Origin: Patescibacteria group bacterium
GTDB lineage: Bacteria > Patescibacteriota > Patescibacteriia > Patescibacteriales > UBA12465
Direction of reading: 5' to 3'
Length of the DNA: 64,000 bases
NCBI GenBank assembly: GCA_041671365.1
Contig: JBAZBP010000001.1
Location: 30,081 to 94,080, forward strand
The position numbers and the translations under genes are program-made. This document shows, in pieces, positions 9,982 to 16,645 of the stretch. How positions within the stretch are numbered: position 1 is the first letter of the stretch; each line of letters opens with the position of its first letter. The notes beneath the pieces are model-generated. The model saw only the letters and a list, made by a program, of their open reading frames with translations. It ran no database searches and was not told the origin of the DNA.

Positions 9982-10133
9982 ACGAGTTAGGGGGTCGAAC
10001 AGGTCAGAAGCGAGACACGAGACGAGGCGGAAGCCGAGGCGAGTAGACGAGCGATCGCAAAGTATCCGGGGGATACTTTGCGCTGACCCCGGACAAGTGA
10101 GCTCGCCGCAAAATGGCGGCGAGCGAGCGCGAA
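9982..10133 (-). repeat. GC-rich tRNA-trailer module, copy A (tRNA-Asp associated)
   Basis: 152-nt GC-rich island in AT-rich DNA. It starts with gggggtcgaac (9990-10000), the reverse complement of the tRNA-Asp T-loop/T-stem gttcgaccccc. Perfect hairpins at 10057-10081 and 10102-10123. Shares blocks (gaacaggtcagaagcgag, cgagcg repeats) with copies B-E. Strand is given as the one on which the GTTCGA motif reads forward; this choice is arbitrary. Confidence 0.8.
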
Positions 10134-10193
10134 ACCCCCGTCCATTCCGCTAATAAAAATATCCTAACTTTGTTAGGATATTTTTATTATTGT
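10134..10193 (+). repeat. Direct repeat copy 2 (60 bp): partial tRNA-Asp 3' end plus terminator
   Basis: Identical to 9922-9981. It ends exactly at the base opposite the discriminator of the convergent tRNA-Arg. Confidence 0.95.
10155..10190. terminator. Bidirectional hairpin terminator (copy 2), shared with tRNA-Arg
   Basis: Same 13-bp stem hairpin as 9943-9978. It abuts the 3' end of tRNA-Arg on the minus strand. Confidence 0.75.
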
Positions 10194-10264
10194 GCCTCCA
10201 GGGGGAATCGAACCCTCATCTTGAGTTCCGGAAACTCACGTTCTATCCATTGAACTATGGAGAC
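10193..10264 (-). tRNA. tRNA-Arg (anticodon CCG), no encoded CCA
   Basis: Minus-strand cloverleaf: acceptor gtctcca/tggaggc, anticodon stem tgagt/actca with loop ttCCGga, T-arm gaggg-ttcgatt-ccccc. Confidence 0.85.
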
Positions 10265-10336
10265 TTATTAAGCTGATTATTGAATAATTATTTAATAAAA
10301 TCAAGCGGGGATAAAGAAAATGATTATTAGATTTAA

Positions 10337-10730
10337 TTAAATGTCGTCGTTGTACGATGAATAATTTATAGTCAGTTCCTCACCTTTTTTAATATTTTTT
10401 AACGCGAAAAAGTCATATTCCCGGTCAAACCTAACGTTTGGTTTTTTTGAGTCATTTAGATACCAAGCGACCGTTAAATTATTGAAATTATCCGGACAAC
10501 CATATTTATTGCCTTTAATAACGCAAAAATCATTATATAATTTTTTAATTTCCGGAGTTAATTTTTTAACTACAGATCTATCTAGCCAGATCATTTCCGT
10601 TGTATCGCCTAGAAAAATATTTTTATCTTTAGGAATATTTTTAATAGCAAAAACACCTACCCCGTGTATTTTAGACGGACTTAATTTTGTATAAACGTTG
10701 TTGTGTGGAGATTTTAGATTTTTTTTTCAT
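10337..10730 (-). pseudogene. SET-domain protein gene, frame broken at an A9 run directly after the start codon
   Basis: Track ORF 10337..10594 ends ...GEELTINY (SET C-terminal motif). The same frame continues upstream as KLSPSKIHGVGVFAIKNIPKDKNIF (SET N-terminal strand) with no ATG/GTG/TTG. An ATG at 10730-10728, in an ATGA overlap with the upstream gene stop, is one frame off; A9 lies at 10719-10727. Confidence 0.6.
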
Positions 10731-11800
10731 AAAATCTTTTTTATTTTCTTTAAAACAGAGCGGCCCAACTTATGATTGAAGTTTTCAAAAACTAGAGCTA
10801 AAAAATTATAATCTGATTGATAACCGACTAATTCCATAAAACCGACCCCCTTGATTTTTTTATTTTTTACAGTCCCGCTAATATCTAGTGGTCCTTCCCA
10901 ATAATTAATTGCCCCAAAAACCATTTCTTGATCCCGCAGCATCGCTTTTAGTTTGAGCTTTATTTTTTTATTAGGAATTTCAATCTCCCATTCTAACGGG
11001 TACTTGGCTTTCGTTTTTAAACTTGTAAAAATTTTTTTACTCGGTTTTAAAATAAAATAATTATAATGTTCAGTATTACCTCGCTTATCAATAATATCGA
11101 CTAAATAGTCTCGTTGTTCTCCAATTCGGTATTCAATACACATTATATCTGTGCCATCTGATAATTTTAAAGAAAACCAGGACCAGGCATCGCGGTTATA
11201 GGCAACATCGGCCCACTGATGATCCATCCAGGCGTGGCCGGTTACTTCTAATGGCTTATTATCGATATTAATTGTTCCTTTAACCGCCAAATCAGTTAAA
11301 GAATAATAATAACTTTTTCGCTGGCAGACGTTGATGAATCCTTGACCGCCTTCAAAAAGCGGTTTTTTTCTGGCGCTTAGAGATAAATCTAATTTGGAAT
11401 TTTTTAGATGGAACTTCGAGGCTTTTGTCTCCGCAATTTCACAATTAATATAGCCGCTGGATAAAAGCAAAGGATCAAAATAATTAGCATAAAGCAGGGG
11501 GCGCTTGAAACTATCACCGGACATTATCGAAATATTTTGGATATCTTTATAGGTTTTTTGTTTGGTAATATCGGAAACGACTGAATGCGCAAAATAAATA
11601 TAGGGAGTGTTTAATGTTTTTTCCAAAAGTATTTTTAAGTACGGAATTTTTGCTCTTTTTAAATCCGCTTTAAATAAACAATCCATGAAAGTATAACGTC
11701 GACCGGCCGAATCATTTAAATAACCATTAAAATACCACCATTCAATGATGCTTTTGTGGGATTTTTCGTCCTGAGGTAAATGAATTGGTTTGTAATGCAT
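10727..11800 (-). CDS. AttH/CrtC-like lipocalin-fold protein (hydroxyneurosporene-synthase-like)
   Basis: 357-aa ORF with EWWYFNGYL near the N-terminus, YYYSLTDL...GHAWMDHQW, WSWFSLKLSDG and INYWEG motifs characteristic of the CrtC/AttH family. Confidence 0.65.
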   Translation of the reverse strand: MHYKPIHLPQDEKSHKSIIEWWYFNGYLNDSAGRRYTFMDCLFKADLKRAKIPYLKILLEKTLNTPYIYFAHSVVSDITKQKTYKDIQNISIMSGDSFKRPLLYANYFDPLLLSSGYINCEIAETKASKFHLKNSKLDLSLSARKKPLFEGGQGFINVCQRKSYYYSLTDLAVKGTINIDNKPLEVTGHAWMDHQWADVAYNRDAWSWFSLKLSDGTDIMCIEYRIGEQRDYLVDIIDKRGNTEHYNYFILKPSKKIFTSLKTKAKYPLEWEIEIPNKKIKLKLKAMLRDQEMVFGAINYWEGPLDISGTVKNKKIKGVGFMELVGYQSDYNFLALVFENFNHKLGRSVLKKIKKIL

Positions 11801-11872
11801 ATTTTTATTAGAAAATTATGTCTCTTGTTTTTTGCGCACCGTGGTCATCAATAACAAGCACGATGTTTTTGT

Positions 11873-12442
11873 CTATTTCTTAATTAAATTTTGGAATTCT
11901 TCAATCAACACTGGAGCCTCAGTAAAACCATCTTCTTTAGTGATATGTCCCGCATTTCTGAGTATAACAATTTTTGATCCTAATTCAGTAAATTTCTGTT
12001 TGTTTTCTTTAAAAGCTCCAAAAGGATCATTATCAGAAATTAATAGAGTTGATTTTAAAAGAATCATTTTTATTTTTTCAATGTTGATAGGATTTTCAAT
12101 CCAGGGTTTGGCAATTTTTTCTGTTTCTTCATCTTCAAGATTTTCAAGATTAAACCAGCCAGCAACAAAGAGAGCGCCGCCAACGACGGTGTCGATTGTC
12201 TCTAAGTATCTTAAAATCGTTTGACAGCCAATTGAATGTCCAATGAAATAAGTATTAGAATCGGGAGTACCAACAACTTCAGCGAGTTTCTCAACCCATT
12301 TTTTTATAACAGGAGTATCAATGTCCGGCATGTCTGGTAATAGGATTTGATACCCCAACTTTTCCAATTCTATTTTAAGCCAAGGCCTCCAATCACCTTG
12401 TGCTCCAGCCATCCATTGATGAACAATAATTATTCTTTTCAT
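11873..12442 (-). CDS. Alpha/beta serine hydrolase (YdeN/RBBP9-like)
   Basis: About 189 aa from MKRIIIVHQW (ATG 12442). Nucleophile elbow GHSIG. Size and pattern fit the small Ser_hydrolase family. Confidence 0.65.
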   Translation of the reverse strand: MKRIIIVHQWMAGAQGDWRPWLKIELEKLGYQILLPDMPDIDTPVIKKWVEKLAEVVGTPDSNTYFIGHSIGCQTILRYLETIDTVVGGALFVAGWFNLENLEDEETEKIAKPWIENPINIEKIKMILLKSTLLISDNDPFGAFKENKQKFTELGSKIVILRNAGHITKEDGFTEAPVLIEEFQNLIKK

Positions 12443-12584
12443 ATTTTGTTGCGTCAGTAAGATCGAGCGCACTTTCTCTTTTACATCAGATTATGCACCG
12501 ACCTAAATAGCTCTGATTTTCATGAATATAAATAGACCAGTATTTATAATCTTTTATTAAAGATTTTGAATAATCTTTTTCCAT
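12430..12584 (-). pseudogene. Possible remnant of a HIT-like gene (N-terminal part only, in-frame TGA)
   Basis: The minus-strand reading from ATG 12584 gives MEKDYSKSLIKDYKYWSIYIHENQSYLGRCII, then TGA (12488-12486), then in-frame CKRESALDLTDATKYE. The W..l...Q.YLGRC...KR....L.dLT pattern recalls one HIT subfamily from memory. The reading runs into the hydrolase gene. Confidence 0.3.
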
Positions 12585-12906
12585 AAATAAAATATTTTAT
12601 TTTTTGCTGTTTTTTTACTTCTTATACGCTTATTATATCATACTGTTTCCGGAGTGGGAAAGATTATGGCCACCCAACGACCGAGCCTATTCAGGGATTT
12701 TTATCAAAAGAAATTATAAGAGGGCAAGACTAAAAATGTTTGTATAGTAGTCGTGATGAAAAAAATGATTCAGGTGATCTACGTGATACTAAAAAAATAA
12801 AGCCCCTTTGTGGAAAAAGAAGCTTGATGGCAACATAGATAGGTGGAAATTAATAAATCTAAACTTTATCAAATTTTTCTAAGATTTCTGGCTTAACTCG
12901 ACTAAT

Positions 12907-13554
12907 CTATTTCTCTGCCTCAGATAAAACTTTCTCAAAAATTAAATCGTAGGTGTTGTCCAAAAACTGATGAGACTTCTTAATGGTTCTCCTGTCTAGA
13001 TTGTTCTGAATTACTTTTGTAACAAAACCCATATTCTCGGCTGAGACTATATCTTCTTTGACGCCATCTTGCCAAATCAATAAGCCTTTGTCTTCTATAA
13101 CTCTAAATGCTTCCCTAATCGCTTCATCCACCAATTTTCTAAATTCAATTTTATTTAATTCGATAAATTTTTTAAATTCTTTCTTTCTTGCATCTCTTTT
13201 GTCCGACATAACCTTAATTCTTAATCGCTTAAATTCTTCCGAGGAATCGCCCTGAGAGCCACCCAGAGCAGAAACAAACAAAGCGCCGACGGAATTATCT
13301 TTAATGGGAAACTTTCTGATGTCACCCCTGAAGTCGATCTTTCCCCTCCTGGATGAATCGTGGAGATTAGAGATAAAAATTTTTTTATCCAAATTATTGA
13401 CATTAATTAATTCATAACCTCTAATAGTTGGGCCAGCTGCTTCAATTAACGGACCCTTTAATTCTTTCAGTTTTTCTTCCACATTAAAATTGGCCTCATG
13501 ATAATTTTCGAGAGCTTCTTTGTTTATCTTTGGTGGCATTTCTGCAAAATTCAT
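12907..13554 (-). CDS. Hypothetical protein, weakly class-I methyltransferase-like
   Basis: 215-aa ORF. LIEAAGPT and GDIRKFPIKDNSVGALFVSAL loosely resemble SAM-MTase motifs I and post-II. No firm family assignment. Confidence 0.45.
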   Translation of the reverse strand: MNFAEMPPKINKEALENYHEANFNVEEKLKELKGPLIEAAGPTIRGYELINVNNLDKKIFISNLHDSSRRGKIDFRGDIRKFPIKDNSVGALFVSALGGSQGDSSEEFKRLRIKVMSDKRDARKKEFKKFIELNKIEFRKLVDEAIREAFRVIEDKGLLIWQDGVKEDIVSAENMGFVTKVIQNNLDRRTIKKSHQFLDNTYDLIFEKVLSEAEK

Positions 13555-13587
13555 ATAATTTTATACTAAACATGGAAACAAATTGAA

Positions 13588-13629
13588 TGAGGAGGGGGTG
13601 GCACGCACTGGGAACGGCGTTATCTAGTA
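13588..13629 (-). repeat. tRNA-Ser-3'-end-like motif, copy F1
   Basis: tgaggagggggtggcacgcactgggaacggcgttatctagta aligns at roughly 85 percent by eye with 16602-16640. It lies directly after the stop of the radical SAM gene. Confidence 0.45.
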
Positions 13630-13658
13630 TTTTTATTAAATTAGCCTAGATTTTGATT

Positions 13659-14633
13659 TTAAATCTTTACTTTATTCCAATACTTTTCACGAGGGGGACA
13701 GCTGAAATACTTATTTGCTCTGAACTCTTTAGCTTTATTAGTTTTCCAAATATTAGTCAAAGAATATTTTTTAATGTTTCCTAATAGTACTCTGGAACCA
13801 GGACAGGCATAAACATTACCAAGAATATCGACAAATGAAGCATAATGCCATTGAGTACAAGGAAATCCGCCTATATAAGGAAGGGTGGCATTATATTTTA
13901 TTTTAAACTCTTTTACATCAATTTTTTGAGCCTTCTTATATAGTTCGATTAGGTCCTTTTTCGAAATTTCCCATTTTTTATATTGCAAAGCTCCGCCAGT
14001 AGGAATAAAAGTTTTAAATGATGGAAAAATATTATTTTTCCTACAGAATCTAATCATGTCTAAAATTTCATTCTTATTTTGCCTAACAATAATAGAGTCA
14101 AACCCCAATCTGGTTGGCTTAGATTTATTAAACCCCGTCTTCATTAATATTTGAAAAGCTTCATTCCTTGATTTGGCATACCCCCTTCTGCCGACTAACT
14201 TATCTTGAGTTGTTTCTTCTAATGAATTAAACTTAAGCATTATCGAGCAATTTAAATCATAAAGATTTTTTGCTTTTTCTTCAGTTAATAAGATTCCATT
14301 GGTATAAATTATAGGGATTATTTTTCGACTTGAAATATACTTTATTTGTTCAAAAAAATTTGGATCGGCCAATGGCTCTCCAGCCCCAACAATTTTGATT
14401 GTCTTACATCCTAATTTTTTTGCCTGATCAATAAGTTTCTTCCTTTGTTTTATGGTTAATTCATTACCTAAAACAATGTGCTTTTTGGAATATTCATCGC
14501 GATAGCAATAAGGACAGTTAAGATTGCAGATATTTGATGTTTCTGCATCAAGCATTAACATTAAATTATTCTTTTTTGCTTTTTGAATTTCTTTTTTCCT
14601 GAAATTCCATCCTCTTAACATCGGTATAGTCAT
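13659..14633 (-). CDS. Radical SAM enzyme with C-terminal twitch/SPASM-type cysteine motif
   Basis: CNLNCPYC (CxxxCxxC) near the N-terminus, a GAGEPL glycine-rich SAM motif, and C-terminal C-x12-G-x4-C (CTQWHYASFVDILGNVYAC). Confidence 0.8.
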   Translation of the reverse strand: MTIPMLRGWNFRKKEIQKAKKNNLMLMLDAETSNICNLNCPYCYRDEYSKKHIVLGNELTIKQRKKLIDQAKKLGCKTIKIVGAGEPLADPNFFEQIKYISSRKIIPIIYTNGILLTEEKAKNLYDLNCSIMLKFNSLEETTQDKLVGRRGYAKSRNEAFQILMKTGFNKSKPTRLGFDSIIVRQNKNEILDMIRFCRKNNIFPSFKTFIPTGGALQYKKWEISKKDLIELYKKAQKIDVKEFKIKYNATLPYIGGFPCTQWHYASFVDILGNVYACPGSRVLLGNIKKYSLTNIWKTNKAKEFRANKYFSCPPREKYWNKVKI

Positions 14634-14652
14634 AAATTACAGTTTTATTAAT

Positions 14653-15321
14653 TTATTTTGACGCTTTAAGCTCAGTCCAAAGCATTACCCTGTTTAAAAT
14701 TTTAGAATCAATGATTTTCAACCCAGATTCATAGGCCAATCTTTCCACGTCTTCAGAACTATATGCCTTTGATTTCAATCCGCTCTGAGAATAAAATATC
14801 TCATTTTTCTCGTCAATATGACGAATTTTTATGTCGACAGCCTTATACCAATTTTTTCTATTCTCCAACGTTCCTTTAAGATAGGTTGTAATAACTATGC
14901 TCTTTTCAGTCACCTTATTAAGTTCTTTTAAAACCATAACTTCATCTTCAACATTTCCTAATGTATTCCAGACACAGAGACTAAAATCAAAATATTTTTT
15001 TGAAAAAAATTTATTTAAATTTTTTAGGTCAACATTTTCTATTTTTACATTAGAAAAATTATCTGCAATCTTTATAGATTCTTCTAGCATGAGTCTGGCG
15101 GTATCAACTCCCATAAACTCAGAAACTAACGGAGCTATTTCTGGAATAAGTCGGCCAATACCGACACCGGCCTCTAAAACTCTCTTGGCGCTACGAACCT
15201 TTTCTTTTAATAATTTAGTTTCTTGACGAATATATTCTTGATATTCTAGCGGGTAATACTCCGGGATTAGAGCTTTAAAAGGAAAATTTTTAAAATCTTC
15301 TCCCTCAAAAAAATTGGACAT
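14653..15321 (-). CDS. Class I SAM-dependent methyltransferase
   Basis: Motif I VLEAGVGIGRL. About 222 aa from MSNFFEG (ATG 15321). 19-nt gap to the radical SAM gene. Confidence 0.75.
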   Translation of the reverse strand: MSNFFEGEDFKNFPFKALIPEYYPLEYQEYIRQETKLLKEKVRSAKRVLEAGVGIGRLIPEIAPLVSEFMGVDTARLMLEESIKIADNFSNVKIENVDLKNLNKFFSKKYFDFSLCVWNTLGNVEDEVMVLKELNKVTEKSIVITTYLKGTLENRKNWYKAVDIKIRHIDEKNEIFYSQSGLKSKAYSSEDVERLAYESGLKIIDSKILNRVMLWTELKASK

Positions 15322-15370
15322 ATGATAATTATTATCTATATAATTATACCACAAAAAATCATAAACTAAC

Positions 15371-15555
15371 CGCTAGTTCGCTGTCTCACTTATCCTCTGG
15401 CAAGTGGGTCTTCAGAATTTACTAAAAATCCTTGTATTTACGGGGTTCATGGGTTTATCCGATGCTAAATTGTCTTGGCGTGGAGGGGGGGGCTGCCTGC
15501 CGGCAGGCAAGGATTTCTCGCGCTCGCTCCCGACCTGTTCGAACCCCTTTTCGAT
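15371..15555 (+). repeat. GC-rich tRNA-trailer module, copy C (diverged, no intact tRNA neighbour)
   Basis: Ends ctcgcgctcgctcccgacctgttcgaacccc (GTTCGAACCCC at 15537-15547), like the other copies. Hairpin tgcctg-ccgg-caggca at 15494-15509. Upstream block ctcacttatcc resembles ctcacttgtcc in copy A. The 5' boundary is uncertain. Confidence 0.6.
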
Positions 15556-15559
15556 ATGC

Positions 15560-15593
15560 AAAATTAAAATACCCAATGGGTGTTTTAATTTTC
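15560..15593. terminator. Bidirectional hairpin terminator next to module C
   Basis: Stem aaattaaaataccc / gggtgttttaattt (with G-U pairs), loop aat, flanked by A and T runs. Confidence 0.6.
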
Positions 15594-15677
15594 TACGCGG
15601 AGTGTTATAGATGTTATCAGAACTGAGATGTTTAAAAACATCAGCAAACATTAAAATTTTTCGCTCGCCCGATATAA

Positions 15678-16334
15678 TTAATTTAATTCTAAAAATTGAC
15701 CCTCACTAATAATTTTCACATCACCGTTGTCAACCTTCACCGCTGACATATCATCCAGAACATAAATTTTCTTTTTAATATCCTTGGTTGCGCTTAAAAC
15801 ACCTTCTTTGTTTCTTAGATAAAAATGAGGACTATTATAATGAGGAAGCGCATAAAAATCAACAAAATTAAGCCCAGATAAATTTTCTGTTTTTTCTAAA
15901 TCTTCTTCATATAATTTCTGCAAAATATTTAATATTAAATCCGGACTAACAATCATACTCCCGGCACTAATACCGACATAAACTTTTGTTTTTAAAAATT
16001 CCGGCAACAAAGCAGCCAAACCGGATTTGCTCACCCATTCCATAAGATGAAAAGTGTTTCCACCCTCAAAAAATAAAATATCTGCCTTTTGCAATTGAGG
16101 CTCCCAAATATTTCTATCGACGGCGGAAATATCAACTATGCTTATAGACTGTAAATTTAATTCTTTGAGAGTTAAAAGATCTTTAATCACCCATCGTTTA
16201 TCTCCCTTTTCCACATTGGAAGCGGTGGGAATAAAAGCTAGAGATGTTTCCCTCGGCCTTTTACTGACTAAATCAAAAAGGGCTTTTTTAATAGAATCAT
16301 TGGAAATGCCGGCTGATGTTAATAATAATTTCAT
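15678..16334 (-). CDS. Peptidase E-like / S51 family (type-1 glutamine-amidotransferase-like fold)
   Basis: 218-aa ORF. MKLLLTSAGI start, FFEGGNTFHL and GISAGSMI (nucleophile Ser) motifs typical of dipeptidase E relatives. Confidence 0.7.
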   Translation of the reverse strand: MKLLLTSAGISNDSIKKALFDLVSKRPRETSLAFIPTASNVEKGDKRWVIKDLLTLKELNLQSISIVDISAVDRNIWEPQLQKADILFFEGGNTFHLMEWVSKSGLAALLPEFLKTKVYVGISAGSMIVSPDLILNILQKLYEEDLEKTENLSGLNFVDFYALPHYNSPHFYLRNKEGVLSATKDIKKKIYVLDDMSAVKVDNGDVKIISEGQFLELN

Positions 16335-16423
16335 ACAAAATTAATAAATATTGAATAATATAATTATAGCTAAAATTATCGAAAAAATCAATTTAATCTT
16401 AAATTAGGACCATAATATTTTAC

Positions 16424-16564
16424 CTACGCTCGCCGTCGCTCGCTCATTCGTTGTCCAGAACTTGCGTCCGACCTGCCCCCGGCAGGTCGTCAGACGCTCG
16501 CTGCAATATTCGCCTGCTGGCGAATATTTAGCTCGCTTCAAGTTTGTTCGAATCCCGTCGACGA
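16424..16564 (+). repeat. GC-rich tRNA-trailer module, copy D
   Basis: 109/113 identity between 16444-16556 and copy E 26090-26202 (counted by hand). Perfect hairpins at 16469-16489 and 16505-16528. GTTCGAATCCC at 16546-16556 differs at 1 of 11 positions from the tRNA-Ser T-loop/T-stem gttcaaatccc. Confidence 0.8.
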
Positions 16565-16566
16565 AT

Positions 16567-16601
16567 AAAAAAACAGCAGCATAAAATGCTGCTATTTTTT
16601 T
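16567..16601. terminator. Bidirectional hairpin terminator between module D and motif F2
   Basis: A7 run, stem agcagc / gctgct with loop ataaaat, then a T7 run. Confidence 0.65.
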
Positions 16602-16640
16602 ATGCGGAGAGGGTGGGACGCACTTGGAAAGGTTATCAAG
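16602..16640 (-). repeat. tRNA-Ser-3'-end-like motif, copy F2 (candidate att remnant)
   Basis: Plus-strand tgcggagagggtggga (16603-16619) matches the 3' end of the tRNA-Ser gene (18470-18486) at 16 of 17 positions, in the same orientation. The rest aligns with F1. Confidence 0.55.
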
Positions 16641-16645
16641 TAATC

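Noticed and set aside
9982-10133. The GC modules as small self-cleaving ribozymes or viroid-like units; CUGA and GAAA pieces are present near the right end of A and B.
   Set aside because: The hammerhead core CUGANGA is not satisfied (cugaccc, cugaccg). I could not assemble any complete hammerhead, twister or HDV-like core by eye. A proper CM scan should still be run.
9982-10133. The GC modules as ORF-less class C group II introns, which are known to insert just after terminator hairpins.
   Set aside because: At 125-185 nt they are far too short. They have no GUGYG 5' end and no recognisable domain V/VI.
9864-10149. Reading the tRNA-Asp locus as a tRNA gene with a 212-nt intervening sequence in the T-loop (5' part 9864-9921 joined to 10134-10149).
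   Set aside because: The upstream copy 9864-9937 is already a complete, well-folding tRNA followed by its own terminator, so no splicing is needed. This reading cannot be formally excluded from sequence alone.
12486-12488. Possibility of an alternative genetic code (UGA read as an amino acid), as in some candidate phyla, raised by the in-frame TGA in the HIT-like remnant.
   Set aside because: Elsewhere TGA ends ORFs at positions that fit neighbouring genes (ATGA overlaps at 10727-10730 and 18879-18882). Standard-code ORFs also give full-length family-typical proteins. A pseudogene is the simpler explanation.
13588-13629. F1/F2 motifs as integron attC sites marking gene cassettes.
   Set aside because: The GTTATC ends do not fit the GTTRRRY/RYYYAAC core. 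There is no extended imperfect palindrome and no integron integrase or attI in the window. Similarity to the tRNA-Ser 3' end is the better explanation.
15404-15651. Three overlapping ORFs (15404..15610, 15412..15651, 15432..15626), plus 26101..26325, that span GC-rich modules C and E and tRNA-Cys.
   Set aside because: They exist only because the GC-rich modules lack stop codons. Translations are not conserved between module copies. One ORF runs through a tRNA gene and a terminator hairpin.
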